Shown here: positions 51,331-63,600 of the stretch, piece after piece
Layout of the letters: every line of letters begins with the position of its first letter
How positions within the stretch are numbered: the stretch's first letter is position 1
Source: Raillietiella orientalis
Taxonomy: Eukaryota
NCBI GenBank assembly: GCA_036172245.1
Contig: JAYWIR010000021.1
Coordinates: 868,001-932,000 of the forward strand
Direction of reading: 5' to 3'
DNA: 64,000 nucleotides
The notes under the pieces: generated by a model
Seen by the model: only the letters and a program-made list of their open reading frames with translations
Database searches by the model: none
What the model was told of the DNA's origin: nothing
Position numbers and translations under genes: made by a program

Positions 51331-52619
51331 ATCACTTTGCAGACTCTCGTGTTGCGCTTAAAGACGCCTTAAACCTGCATATCAAGGGAGCCAATCCCGC
51401 TTTCCAAACATGCTGCAGCGTTGTTTTGAAATTCAGTGGTGTGGGGCCTGTCTAATGGGAGAGTAATCGCAATATGTTTTCAAGAAAGACATCCGGCAGG
51501 CAAAGGGGTTCAGATTCCACCCACCCGCCCCCCCTCCTCTTTTTATTTTTTTCCTTCTTTTCTCTCCCTCCCTCGCCTTCCCACTACCGCATCCAGGGAT
51601 CGCCAGCAGCTGGTACCGTTCCCTGTCGGATCCCAGCACGCGGTCGAGAAGCGCAGGTGCCTCCGATGCGCCGCCGCCTGATTGACCGCGCCAGGGAGCG
51701 TCTTCCATGAGCGTTCCTCGACCGGCCAGCAAAAACAAACAGGAGGCGAGCAAGCGAAAGTTCTGGAGCCGGAAGAATGATAACAAGTGGAGGAGCTCCA
51801 GGAGGGGGGAAAAAGCACCGTGTCCCTCTCCAGACCGGAAACGTGCTGCTACCTTGTGCTCCTCGGTGAGACGTCAGAAGGAGTTCTTTCGGAGGGAGTG
51901 GAAGGGGGAGGGGAGGAGAGAGAGAAGAACAAGGAAACTCACCCTCGTTTGCCCCCCGTTCGCGAGTCGCGATTCCTGTCGACACATGCCGCTGCCGACC
52001 GATTCGTTCGATATGCAGCAGCAGACATTAGGGGCAGTAGCCGCCTGCCCATCCACCCCACGTCCATGGTCAAGGCGGGCAGGGGACGCTCCTCCTCCGG
52101 GAGAAGGGACGTGCTCGCCTGCGGCGGTGCGCGCGGCCTTGGGCACGGTTCGGGAGCGGCTGGAAAGCGTTGGGGCTGCTCCTGAGGAAGCAGCTCCTCG
52201 GGGTAGGAGTAGGCGGCATGCAGGGATGATCAAGGGGCAAAAGAAAAAAGAAAAAAAAAAAAACGGAAGAGGGGGAAGCGCACCGGGAATGGGAAGAAAG
52301 AGGTGCGCAAAGCGGTGGCAACCTTGTGGAGAGGGCGCTCTGCGGAGGGAAGGCGCCGTCGTCTTCCTGTTGTGCCCTCGGCTGCTGCGTCTGTGGGAGA
52401 GGGAGGAGGGCAAGAAGCGTGAGTTGGAGGGGAAGAGGCGGGGGGGGAGGGAGTGGACGCGAACCAGGCCTGGAGGGAGGGTGCCCGCTCTTCTCCGAAC
52501 CTGTCACTGCACCGGCAGCCACCGCACAGGAAGGGAGAGCTCGAGGTCGGTTCACCCTGGCAGGTGCCGAAGGGGAAGCAGAAACCGTCGCTGTTGTCTC
52601 CGTGACATGGGCGACATGA

Positions 52620-53800
52620 TGACTGGAAAGGGGGTGGAGCGGCCCCTCCTACCAGTCCTTCCTCAGGCAGTCACGTGAACCCTGCCTTGTGCTTCCAGAA
52701 GCTGCACCTCCCCTCGGTGGATGGCCGGGAAGAGGCCCGTCCCGGATCTTCGCGCCTCGTTCCTGCACGTCGGCGTCCTTCTGCTCCTGCGCGCCTGCAC
52801 GCCGCCCGCGGGCGCGGCTCAAGGTACGGAAAGTCACCTTCCCCTCTCCCCCTCCCGTTCCTTCTCCCTTCGTATCTGCACCATCGCCCATCGCCGCGGG
52901 CTCCTCCTCCACGGAACGCCCGCGTTGGAGGGTCCGTGAGTTCGTTCTCCTGCCCTTTCGTCGCGAAGCTTCCGCGGAACGAGGCCAGCGGTTCCCGTCT
53001 GCCCTCCAAGGATCCCGTACGAAAGCTGACCCTTGAAGATTCCGACCCCGCAGGGCTCGCTGCCGCGCGCGCCCACGGCGGCGTGGGCGTGGTGGGTCCG
53101 CTGCTCGCGGCCACTCCTCCTCCCGAGCGCATGGGCACGCTCGTCGAAGCCACCAAACGAGCGCCGGCGGGCTCGTTTGGCTCCTGGCGCGGGGGCGCAA
53201 CCCCTGAGCGCCCGCTGCCGTTGGCACCACGCGCGCGGGAGGAAGGAACAGCAGCGCCGCCGGGGCTGCGCTGTCTGTCGGGAAGAGGTTCGTTCCCTCC
53301 CTTTCCCCGCCGCGTCTCCTCCTCCTCCTCCCTTTTCTCACGGGTGAGCGACGGCTCGCTTCCTGTGGTGCCCTCGGCGGTCGGGAATCCGGGCTCCTCG
53401 CACGTGGGATGGAAGCCGCCTGCGTCACCCGGACTTCGCGACCTCACAAAGCGTCCAACCCCCGCGCAGGAATTTCCTCCCTGAATTTGGGGCTCGTCTT
53501 CCCCGGGAGCTTCGTTCCTGGAACCCTCGCGCTCCTTCGACGTTTTCCTCCTCCCCCCTAGCCTGCCGTCATCCATTTGTCTGGTCGCGGGGCGGGAACG
53601 TCCGGCCCGAAGGACGAAAGGTCCTTCCTTCGTCCCCCGTACCGAGACCTCCCACGCACCCTCAAAGGCGGTCAGCAGCAGCGCGAGCGGCCTTGGGCGC
53701 TTATCTCCCCCTGCCGTTCCGTTGGCTCCAAGCCAGACCTGTCGCTGCACCCGCGAGCCGCGTCCCAGACAGCGAGCCGCTAGGTGCTGCGCGAGCTCGC
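52620..53800 (-). mobile_element. Possible heavily decayed RTE-like RT inside the 544-codon GC-rich ORF
   Basis: GGFHP (QxGF), GVAP, GGVAASSGP, GDFPYLE (F.YLG) and KHKAGF occur in RT order; very weak. Confidence 0.22.
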
Positions 53801-55240
53801 GTGGGCGCCTCTCCCTCCTCTCTCTCCGAGGGAGAGGAGACCGAGCAGCTGGCGGTGGCCGCGCGCTGCATGTCGTCCGGGAGCTCTCCTGCCGTGGTGG
53901 TCGCAAGGGAGCGGGCGGGTGGGAGGGGGAAGGGGTTCCCACGTTGTCCGCCGCTCCGAGCGCGGCGCTGGCGACCGCGCACGGCTCGGCAATCTGGCAT
54001 CCGCCGCGCGCGCATGCTCGCCCCCTTCCTGCTGTAAGAAGCTCTCCACCCCCCCACCCCCCCCCCACCCGTTCTCCCGTGCGGAGTGCGCTCGGGAGAA
54101 GCTGCCTGCTCAGCGGGAAGAAGGTGCTTGCGTTCTCGGGAATCGCCACTGTCCCGCCGCGGGCGAGCGAGACGCAGCGCGCGCGACACGGCGCGGGGCA
54201 CTCCTCGGATTGCTCTCCGCCGAGCTGATTGGACGTTTGCCGCCGCGATGCGCGACCAGCAGGCAGACGCGCCTGTCCCTCCAGCTGGTGTGCGCATGCG
54301 CGCACGCTCGCGCATTTTCTGGTGTCGGTTCGCCCTCCTCCATCTTGAATCCGAAGGCCGTAAACTCGCGCAGGACGGGAGAGAAAGGGGGAGTGGGGGA
54401 GGGGACAGCAAAAGAAAAAAAAAACGAAAAAAGGAAAGCAAAGTTAATTAATCCCAAATGCTTGGGGAGAGCTGATTACGGTGCGTGGAAACTGCGGAGG
54501 GTGCACACCTTTCCAATTTGGGAACGTCCGTCCACGAATGACGGGCAGACCTATTGAAACGTCGGAGCGCGCAGTGCAATTATCCTGCACCCGCCTTTAT
54601 GGCGGACGAACGTGCGCTCCCGGAGAAGGTGAGAAGGAGGGAGGGGGCGAGAAAGATCGAAGGAGGCTGCGAGTGTTACTCCTTTTTGCACGTCCCTACC
54701 AAACGAGGACCGCCGGCCGTGGTCCGCAAGGGGCGAGGAGGGCACGTCAGCGGGCGGGACGGCACAACGTTTCCTCGGCGTGCCGCCCGAGCACGCGGAG
54801 CGGCACAGGGAGTCCGCAGCAGCGCTTGCTGAGAGCTCGGAATTCTTCCCCGGAGGAAGTCCGTCTGCTGCGGTGAATCACGGGGCTCGGCTTTGTTTCA
54901 GAAACGCCGGTGCGTCTCTTCGTGAAAGGACGCCTCCGGAACAGTAGTAAATTCTTCGCTCTCTTGTATCGAAGGAAACGCAAGTCACCATCAATCTAAA
55001 GATAAGCGCTTGTTGCGACTGGAACCGAGAAGCTGCCTCTTCAGCTCCCGGGCAACGTTTTTCATGCCTCCCCCCTCCTCCTCCTTTCTTTTGCTGCCAT
55101 TAAAAACAAAGGCGTTTTTTCCTCCCTTCGGAACAAGAGATCCCTTTCCCCTCTTGTCTTGTTCACACTTTAAAAAATTGCCATTTCATTTGACTTGCTC
55201 TGCGAGGAGCCATTTCGCGTTTGGTGAAGAGCTCTGGGCA

Positions 55241-55313
55241 ATGCAGTGCCCTGCAGTCAAAATACTCCCATTTGTTCTCGTGACCGCAACACAGTTGCTG
55301 ATGATCGCCGAGG
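55241..55313 (+). CDS. Candidate signal-peptide first exon of the frazzled-like gene
   Basis: MQCPAVKILPFVLVTATQLLMIAE-G|GTGAAC: a hydrophobic leader ending in a phase-1 donor that matches the phase-1 acceptor at 60693. Other candidate first exons cannot be excluded. Confidence 0.35.
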
Positions 55314-56649
55314 GTGAACCGCGGAACTCCTCCGGCTCTTCCACTTCAAGCTCTTGGCTCGAAGCTTTCCCAAGTATTCTTTCCTCTTGTTCCCCCACCA
55401 CCACCACCACCACCAAATGCGTGAACAAACAGGCTGAAAACAAAAGAAGCAAGCAAGCGTGTGTCCAGGTTTCCTCTTCGAGGGTGCGTCCCGACGAAGC
55501 GGCAGCGGAAACTCCGACAGTAATTTGATCCGCGAAGGTTTCCCGATCTCAGGACATCCGTTGCGATGTTTCGAGCCGAGGCGTTCCCGAAGGACGCTCT
55601 TCCCGTGCGGATTGCGTCGTTTCCTTGTTTCGGAAGAGAGTGCAGTTGTCTGTCTCCGGGCAGGGGCGAGACCCGTCGAGATGTTGCAGACGAATTCCGA
55701 AAAGGGGTGGGGTGAGGTGGGGCGTGTTACTTTGCCCAGATGTTGCTGGAGCAAGATGTCCTTGACGTTGCACATTCCGGGCTCTTCCAGGGACCGTCCT
55801 GCCTGCAATTTCACATCCCTGGTTTCGTCAGTTTGCTCGCGGAGGTTGCCCGGTTTACGAACGGTTCCGTCTTAGCGCAACAAGGCGCGGGAAGCGGAAA
55901 TCCCACGGGCGCTCGCGTCCTCGGTTTCAGGGGTGCTCCCTGCACTCCGTCTCTGAGCATCTCTTCCTCCGGACGATCCAAGCAGAGCACATCGCTACTG
56001 GTCAGTCCAGAAGAGATTGGGTAATCCTCCGCCACCAGAAGGATGCACAGGATGGGTGCTTCTGCAGTCATGTTTCTGTTTGTTTGTTCCTTTTTACTCC
56101 TCGTTGAAGACGCGTGCATAGGGGCAGTCGGCAGAACCTGCCTGCTGAGCCGAAAAGCCAGGACCACAAAATTTAGGAAGCGCCGTTTCGGTGCAAATCT
56201 TCTCACGCGCGCGGTTCTCCGGAGAGCAGCGTGCTCTGCGCTTCTCCAGGCACGAGGCGACGGTTTATCTGCACCAGCGCGATCCGATCGTTAGGTTTGA
56301 GCGTTGGAGAGCCGCGGACATGCAAGAGAAGTGCGTACCAAGGTCGCGCCCGCGGCCCGGCCTTGGTGCGAACGCTTTGCCGTGCCGCAGCACAGCTTCT
56401 TGCTCGAACCAAGGCGTCTTTGTAGAAACCGGTCAGCAACTATGCAAAGGGAAGAACTTCCTTCTGTTACCCAGGGGCTCCGCTAAGTCGCTTCCATATC
56501 TGAGCAATCTGAGGTCAGCACGTGGAGACACTGCAGACACTTAAAAAATGGCAAAAGACCCTTTGCCTTTCCCCCATGTGTCCTTTTCTGCTCACACATC
56601 TCGTAGGAGTGGGGCGGAGTACATTGGTCCCAGACAGTTCCTCTAGATG

Positions 56650-59620
56650 AGCATATTCGGGAGAGTCCTTGCTGGACGCTACCTTGCCCAAGGCTATTCG
56701 CCTGATCGAGACGTCATTCGGATTGCAAACGGCTCATCACTTGTAAGAAGGATGGAGGGGAAACGCCTTATTCCTAACGGGACTTGCTCCGTTCGCTCCC
56801 ATGCTGCGCCGAAGATGAGACCTTTGGAAAGAGAGGCCAATTTGCCTTCCTCCTCCTCTGACGTTTGGTGCCGTCGGTGTCTATGCTAGTCTTAGCTGGA
56901 GACTTTTTTGCTCCTCCCAACGTCCACAAGCGAGTATTGACGAAACTCTCGATGCTCTGGAACCCGCTAGGAAGGCTCGCATGCTGGTTTCTTCTTCCGG
57001 ATTCCGTGCATGCCCTCGCCCTTGTAGAATCCCGGATCCTCACCCACGTCTACCAGCCCTTGTTTGCTCGATCGGCTCTAAGGTTCATCCGGGAACTGAG
57101 TCGGCGGTATCTCTGGTCTGTGCTACCTCCTGTGCTAGAAAGCTCGGTGCTGCTGGAAGGCTGTTGGAGAAAAATAAACAAACAAACATCTTTTCCACCA
57201 TCTCCATTCCCTTCACCCGAGTCCTGCGAACGGACTGCGGTTTCTTGGTCGCGCCAACTGAAGTTAAAAAGTCTTTGTTTGACAAGTAGCACCGTGGCAC
57301 CTTTTTCACCCTTCCGTCTCCCACCATCTTGGCAAGTCCAGAGATGTCTTTCCGAGTCTTGCCTTCTTCCTAGAATAAGAGCAGTCTGGCAAGACCTGCG
57401 CGTCTCCCTTGTTATCCTTTTTTTTTTTTCCTACGCTCACCTGCCCGCGCTTCTGTGTGCTTCGAAAACCGCAGAGGGCCTACGTGGACCAATTCGGCAC
57501 CTGTGGTGCATCGGCTCGGAGCCGACTGTCGCCCATTCGCTCCAGGAGAATCCTTCCCGCGATGTACGTGTTATCTTTGCTGGCAGCGCATCCGAGGAAG
57601 AGCGCCGCGAGGCAGCTACGACGTCTCATGGTATGCAGAAGTCGCTGTGGAGGGAGGGGTGAGAATAACATTTGCCTTTTCGTCTGTCTCTCGTGCAGCA
57701 AAGAAAGTCTGCCATACTGCTGTCTGGGCTTGAACTTTTTAGCCCCAGGTACTTAAGAAAAACCTTCCTTTCTCCCCATGTCTGCGTCCCCATGAGTCCT
57801 CCTCGGGAGGAGTTCGGTTCACCGGAGCGTGCTCGTGGTGGACTTGTGGGAAGCTCATGGGGACTAACCGGGTTGGTCTTTGGGAGCCTTTGCAGAACGT
57901 TTTCAGTGGGCGACGAAAAAATGTAGCGAAAGGATGCGTGCCCTCCCTCTGTCCTACTGGGTTGGGTTGCCCCAGTAAGGGTCTTCCACTGACCAACCAG
58001 ACTACGTCTTCCGTTTCTGAATACATTCAGCACATACGACCTGTTCTTTCTCGCAAGCAGGGAACCATGCCTTCCGTTTTACTTCCCCCTCCTTGCGTTC
58101 CTTCCGAGGTCAGACACTCACAGTTCGTGCAGTCATTCCTCTAGAGAGGAACTTCCGCTCCGATCAGACTGCCCCAGGGAAGCCTAGTGCCCAGGAACGA
58201 GCTCGCCCCGGCTGAGATTGCGGGTGCGTTCCTTCATTTCCTTCCTTGCTGGTCCATCGAAATCGAATCCTCCTTAGGAGAAGCAAATATCAAATTTGTC
58301 TACCACTGCCGGGCTTTCGTACCAGCTCTTTTGTGTGGACGTTGAGTTGCGCCGCTCTCCCGAACTGCGAGTTCAGGAGTCGTGGCGGGCGCACAGAACA
58401 GAAGGATCGGGAATTACCGCGCTGGTGATCCGCAAGTCGGTCACCTGAACTTACAGATTAAGGGGCTAAGTTTGGTAGACGGAGAGTTACACTGGGGCTC
58501 GTGTTGGGTTGCCTGTTGGTAACGCTGCTATCTGAACTTAAAGAAAAGACCATTTGGCCCGGTGTGGCTTCAGGACAGTGACGAGGGTTTTGTTTTTTTT
58601 TTCTTTCTTTTTGCCTTTGTGGTTTTCACGGTGATTGCCAAAACTACAGTGCGCCGTTACTCGTTGGTAGGCGGTTCGCGTCGGTGGCAGAGGAGCTGTG
58701 ACGAAAGGTTTAGCTGTGACGAAAGTGTAGGTGTTTTGTTTTCGTAGTCCACAGTGACATTCCCAAATAAGCGTTACCAATGTTTCTCTAGCAAAGTCGA
58801 ATGAACAGACGCACGGTCGCAGTGGAATCTCCTGAGAGATCCATAGGCGACTCTGGAATGCATTGGAACCGTGGAAACCATTTGTGTGTTGACGATGTGG
58901 TACTCCTTTCAGAAGCTGTTGAACTCTATTTTTCTTCTTCATCCCGTTTCGCTGCAGCTGACAGCTCTCTCGTCAGCCAAACACGTTATCGAAGACCACA
59001 AGGTGTCACGTTACACCCGATAACTGGCGTTTGGAGCACTTCTGCATGAGGCGTCTTGTAATCTCATCCTTTTTTTCGAAGAGCAACGCAAGATTTATCG
59101 CTTTGAAAATCAAAACATGCATCTTTCGGCGTCACAAGGGAGAAGGAAATGTGCAGCAGACAGAAGAAAAGCGTTATACTTCCTCTTGTTCCTGTTGTCG
59201 AGAAGTCCCCGTCCGAGCAGAACCTTCGAAGCGTTCCTTTTTCCATCATTGAAGGCAGCGTATTTGTCTTGTCTTGGGGAAAGTCACATTCAGAGTCTCT
59301 CGTGCCACCACACTGTGGCACCGTGGCAGTTTTTTCTCCCCCCCAGTTCCCTTCAAAAATGCGATCACTTTTGTGATCAAATTCTTCATTCTGAAGGGAA
59401 CCCCGCAGGCCACTCCCTGGTTCCTCGAACCTAGATGACTTCTTTTTTCTGCCGAAAATACGAAAGAGCGATCAGTTTCGAAGGGCTTGCACGATTTGGC
59501 TGATTCTGCGGCGATAAGATCTGCCTGGCTGTCATCTGAATTTCCGATGGATTTACGTGCATGTGCGTGGTCCTCGGAAACTTCAACGTTTTCGCGTTTA
59601 TTACCTTGTTCGGAACAGCC
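56650..59620 (-). mobile_element. Decayed, near full-length RTE-like LINE in the probable first intron of frazzled
   Basis: Endonuclease-like QADLIAAES, NQGVACGV, CFDFQSD (59050-59550); RT-like GQWKT...ASFRYIFSSPTENVLQRL (~57900-58000), GLKSSSPDSS, APQVP, GMEMVEKMF; C-terminal RRKANW. Span of about 3 kb fits an RTE ORF. Confidence 0.48.
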
Positions 59621-60692
59621 CAAGGTATTTCTGTAACATGTTAGAATCGGGAAGATGCTGATAAGCAGTTCCTACATATCGGTCGCTCGTCAAATGAGCC
59701 AGAGAACGAGGATGGATTTATTTAGTGCGCTTCTTGCAGGATCACCATTCGTCTTCTTCTTCTATTGTGTGAGTTGTAAAGCTGGACGTGTGATGCGACA
59801 TTGTGCTTTATTTCGGATCCATCATTGCTGCCACGCGTTGATCTATCGCGCATCTCTTGATGGTTCCGTGATTAAAAACGCCATGAGCTCCCTTGCCCGT
59901 CTGTTTTTCCTTTCGGAGCATTCACTGATTTACGTTCCACGCTCAGTGCTACGTGCGATTACTCTGGTCAAGTTTCCTCCCTGGTTTGAAGGTTGCATAA
60001 TTCATCCTCGTGATTTATTCTCACGGGATCCTGGCGATCATCAAGATGGCCGGATTCGGACATTTTCGTTCGTGTTGAGATGGTTTCGACTGTAAATGCT
60101 CTCCAGTGTTCGAGTCTCTTCATCGACATTTGATGTACACCGAAGGGTCACGGCGCACAGCGGTGCTTTTTGTGTTTTGTAGTGATTCCATCGCCTTTTA
60201 AAAATGGCGTTGCCATTCAGAAATAAATGTAGGCGTAATTTCAGTAGATTGGGTATGATGCTCCGTGGTTAATCTGTTAAAATGTAGATGTGCGAAATCT
60301 TGTTAAGACGTTCTGCGTGTTGCAATTTGGTCTTCGTGGCTTCCGAGAAGCACCTTGAAAGTTACGATCCAGCTAATTGCCCTCCGCAATTACGTGTTAC
60401 TTGAGCGTCTTCTGTGACCATTCCGAAATTGCAGAACAAAGTTGAGTGCGTGTGCAAATGATCACTTTCATTAGTGCCCGAGCATTTTGTCGGTGCTTGA
60501 ATCACCCACTGCGAAGGAAAAAATGGAGAAAAACGTCTGTCCATTCTAACGGGTATTTAAGCTTTTTTGTAAGCTTGAGAGGAAGAGTTGTTGTTTTTTC
60601 ACTCTCCCTTTCTTCTCTCTCTCTCTCGTAACTTTCATGCGTGATGCACCGCATTCTCCTCCATTGGCTAAAGGGAAACCAATCTGCTCCAG

Positions 60693-63600
60693 ATATCTCT
60701 ACGTTTCTGCCTTTGTTCTTTGAACAAGAACCCGAGGATGTGAGTCGATTGGAAGGCAGCAGCGCCCTCTTCAACTGCACCGTGGCCCCCCATGCCGAAG
60801 TGGAAATTCGTTGGCGCCAAAATGGATCGATTTTGAAAATGGACGAGGATTCCAGAAGGTGACGATGATGTTTATTGACTTCCTCCCTCGTTCTGCTTAC
60901 CTTTTTCCACCTCCACTGATTCTGCCTTTCGTCTCCGCCATGCAGTTCGCTGCTCGCGAACGGATCGCTGCATCTGACCGACTTGCAGGAGGCCGACCAA
61001 GGCACCTACGAGTGCATCGCGGAGTTGGCTGGCATGGGGCGGATAGTTAGCCGCGGGGCAAGGCTGAGTCTCATCGGTGCGCGGACCTCTCCGCGGAGGG
61101 GTGGGGGGACAAACGATTCCCGCGGTTTTCCCCCTTGCAGCCTCACCCGTGTTCGCCGAGGAACCCAGGAACTTGAGCGTCCTCATCGGGGACACGGCCT
61201 ACCTCCCCTGCTTTTCCGGCAACGCAGAGAAGCCCCCGTTGTGGTACAAAGACGAGCAGCTGCTGAGCGAGAGCGCGCACGCCATCTTCCTGCCGTCCGG
61301 GGCGCTCGAAATCACGAGCGCTCGGCTCCTTGACCGGGGTCTGTACTACTGCGAGGTCGAGAACCAAGTGGAGCGGCGCTTCAGCAGGTCCGCCTGGCTG
61401 GACGTCCTCATAGATCCAGGTATGCTTCCGAGAGACGCCCCCATCCGGAAGGGGAGGGCATCCCTGTGCAGTCAGGGTCTCGCGGCACAAGCCGCCCGCC
61501 TTCGTGGTCGTTCCCAGAGATGTGGTCCTGCAGGAGGGAGCCACGGCGAACCTGGACTGCGCCGCCAACGGCATTCCTAAGCCCCGTATCTCCTGGCTGC
61601 GCGACGGCGGCGCCACCTTGGACTTCTCGTAAGTAGACGGCCGATCCAGGGGGGCGACCGCGATCCCCCTCCGTTTCCAGCCACCTGGACAGTCGGATCC
61701 GCGCCGTCGGGTCCTCGAGCATCAGTATCGTGGGAGCCCGGGAGGAGGACTCCGGGACGTACGTGTGCCGCGCCGTGAGCAGGGAGGGTACCGCAAACGC
61801 CAGCGCCCGAGTGGTCGTCCACGTGCCTCCACGCGTCGCCCCGGGCCCCCCGCGGAGGATAGTCGCCCGGGAGAGGGAGGACGTGCGGCTGGAGTGTCGG
61901 GTGAGCGGGACGCCGCCCCCGGACGTCCTCTGGCTGCGGAACGGGGAGCTCCTGGAGGAGGCGAGCTTCCTGACCTTGGCGCCCGACGGCTCCCTGAGCG
62001 TCCAGGGCCTGACGCCGGAGGACTCGGGCGCGTACCAGTGCCTCGCGTCTAACCCCGCGGGGAGCGTCCGGTCGACGGTCTATCTGCACGTCCAGTCGGT
62101 TCGGTCGATGCGTGGGGAAGGCGGGACGGAAGACCTCCCTTCGGAGCCGCGGAACCTGCGCGCAACCTTCATCTCGACGCGATCGGTGGAGCTGAACTGG
62201 AGCCTCCCGGAGCGCGGGCCGGTCGATGCGTACGCCCTGACCTACTGGCAAGACGGCTCCTCAAGGTACGCCCTGGCCCTCCCTCCCCGTCCAGTCGACC
62301 CAACTCTTCCACTCTCACCCCCCCACCTCTTTTTTTCTTCTTCCTCAGGGAGCGCGCCGTCAACATTACCACGGAAGGCACCGACGTGGGGAATCTGCAG
62401 CCCAGCAGCAAGTACAACTTCCAGGTCGCCGCCTGGAACTTCGCCGGCCTCGGTCCGAGCTCCCCTGTGCTGACCATCCTGACCCAGGAGGAGGACCGCG
62501 TGCCCAGTCCGCCGTCGAACTTCCGGGTTCTCCCGGTGTCCCCGCGGGCTCTGCTTGCGTCCTGGGAACCCCCTGCCGACGCCGGGCAGCAGTGCCTCAA
62601 GACGTGCAACTACACCGTGTACTACATAGCGGTTAGTTCGCGGCCCTTCCGCTCCCCGTTCCTAAGAGGGGCGGCGACCTCCGCATCGCCCTTCCTCTCC
62701 CCACCTTGTCTTTGCAGGAAGATGACTCCAGCGAGCGCTCGGTGGTCACAAGCGAGAGGGAGCTGCTGTTGTCTGGCCTCGGCAAGAACACGCTGTACCT
62801 GGTGTGGGCGACGGCCAACGCAGAGGGGGCGTCGGGGCGCTCCACCGAGGAGGTCGCCGTGCGGACGCTGGGCGACAGGCCGGACGCGCCCCCGCAAAAC
62901 GTGTCGGCGGAGCCAGCGAGCGCCACCTCGGTGGTCGTCAACTGGGAGCCCCTCCCGGAGAAGGACCGCAACGGCGCCATCACGGGCTACCGCGTCCGCT
63001 ACCGTCCCCGTCACCACGGAGGCGGTGCCGGCGCCAGCAGGAAGGAGGCGGGAGAGACGTTGGATGCGAGCGGGGGAGGGCGGCGCTCGATACTCATCTC
63101 GGGCCTGCAGAGGGGAGCCGCATATAGCGTGCGGGTGGCCGCCCAGAACATCAACGGCACCGGGCCCGCCTCCGACTGGGTTGAGGTCAGGACCCTGGAC
63201 AACGATCTGGACGAGAGTCGCGTGCCAGACCCTCCAGAGTCCATCCGTGCTCGCCCGTCGGCCACCAGCATCCAGGTGTCGTGGACCCCTCCTTCGGACG
63301 CGACCACGATGGTCCGCGGGTACACGATCGGCTACGGCGTGGGCATCCCGGACGTGTACCGCCAGGTGCTCAGCAGCGGCCACAGGCGGCAGTATGAGAT
63401 CCGCGACCTGCGGCCGAACGCGGAGTACGTGCTGAGCCTGCGTGCCTACAACCTTGTGGGGGATGGCCCACCCATCTACGAGACGGTGCGCACGCACCCG
63501 GAATCCCCCTCCTCCACTGCGGACGAGGACCCCATCGTGCCCCCCGTCGGACTGACGTCGCTGGCAGATTCACCCACCAGCATCGTCCTGAGCTGGAGCG

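Noticed and set aside
47074..52678. Long GC-rich ORFs (285, 268, 323 aa and others) as protein-coding genes
   Set aside because: Low-complexity sequence with homopolymer runs, ORFs overlapping in several frames and no domain motifs; expected by chance at this GC content.
62632..63435. C-terminal part of the 349-aa ORF 62386-63435
   Set aside because: It reads through intron 62632-62717 into the wrong frame; the true frame restarts at 62718.
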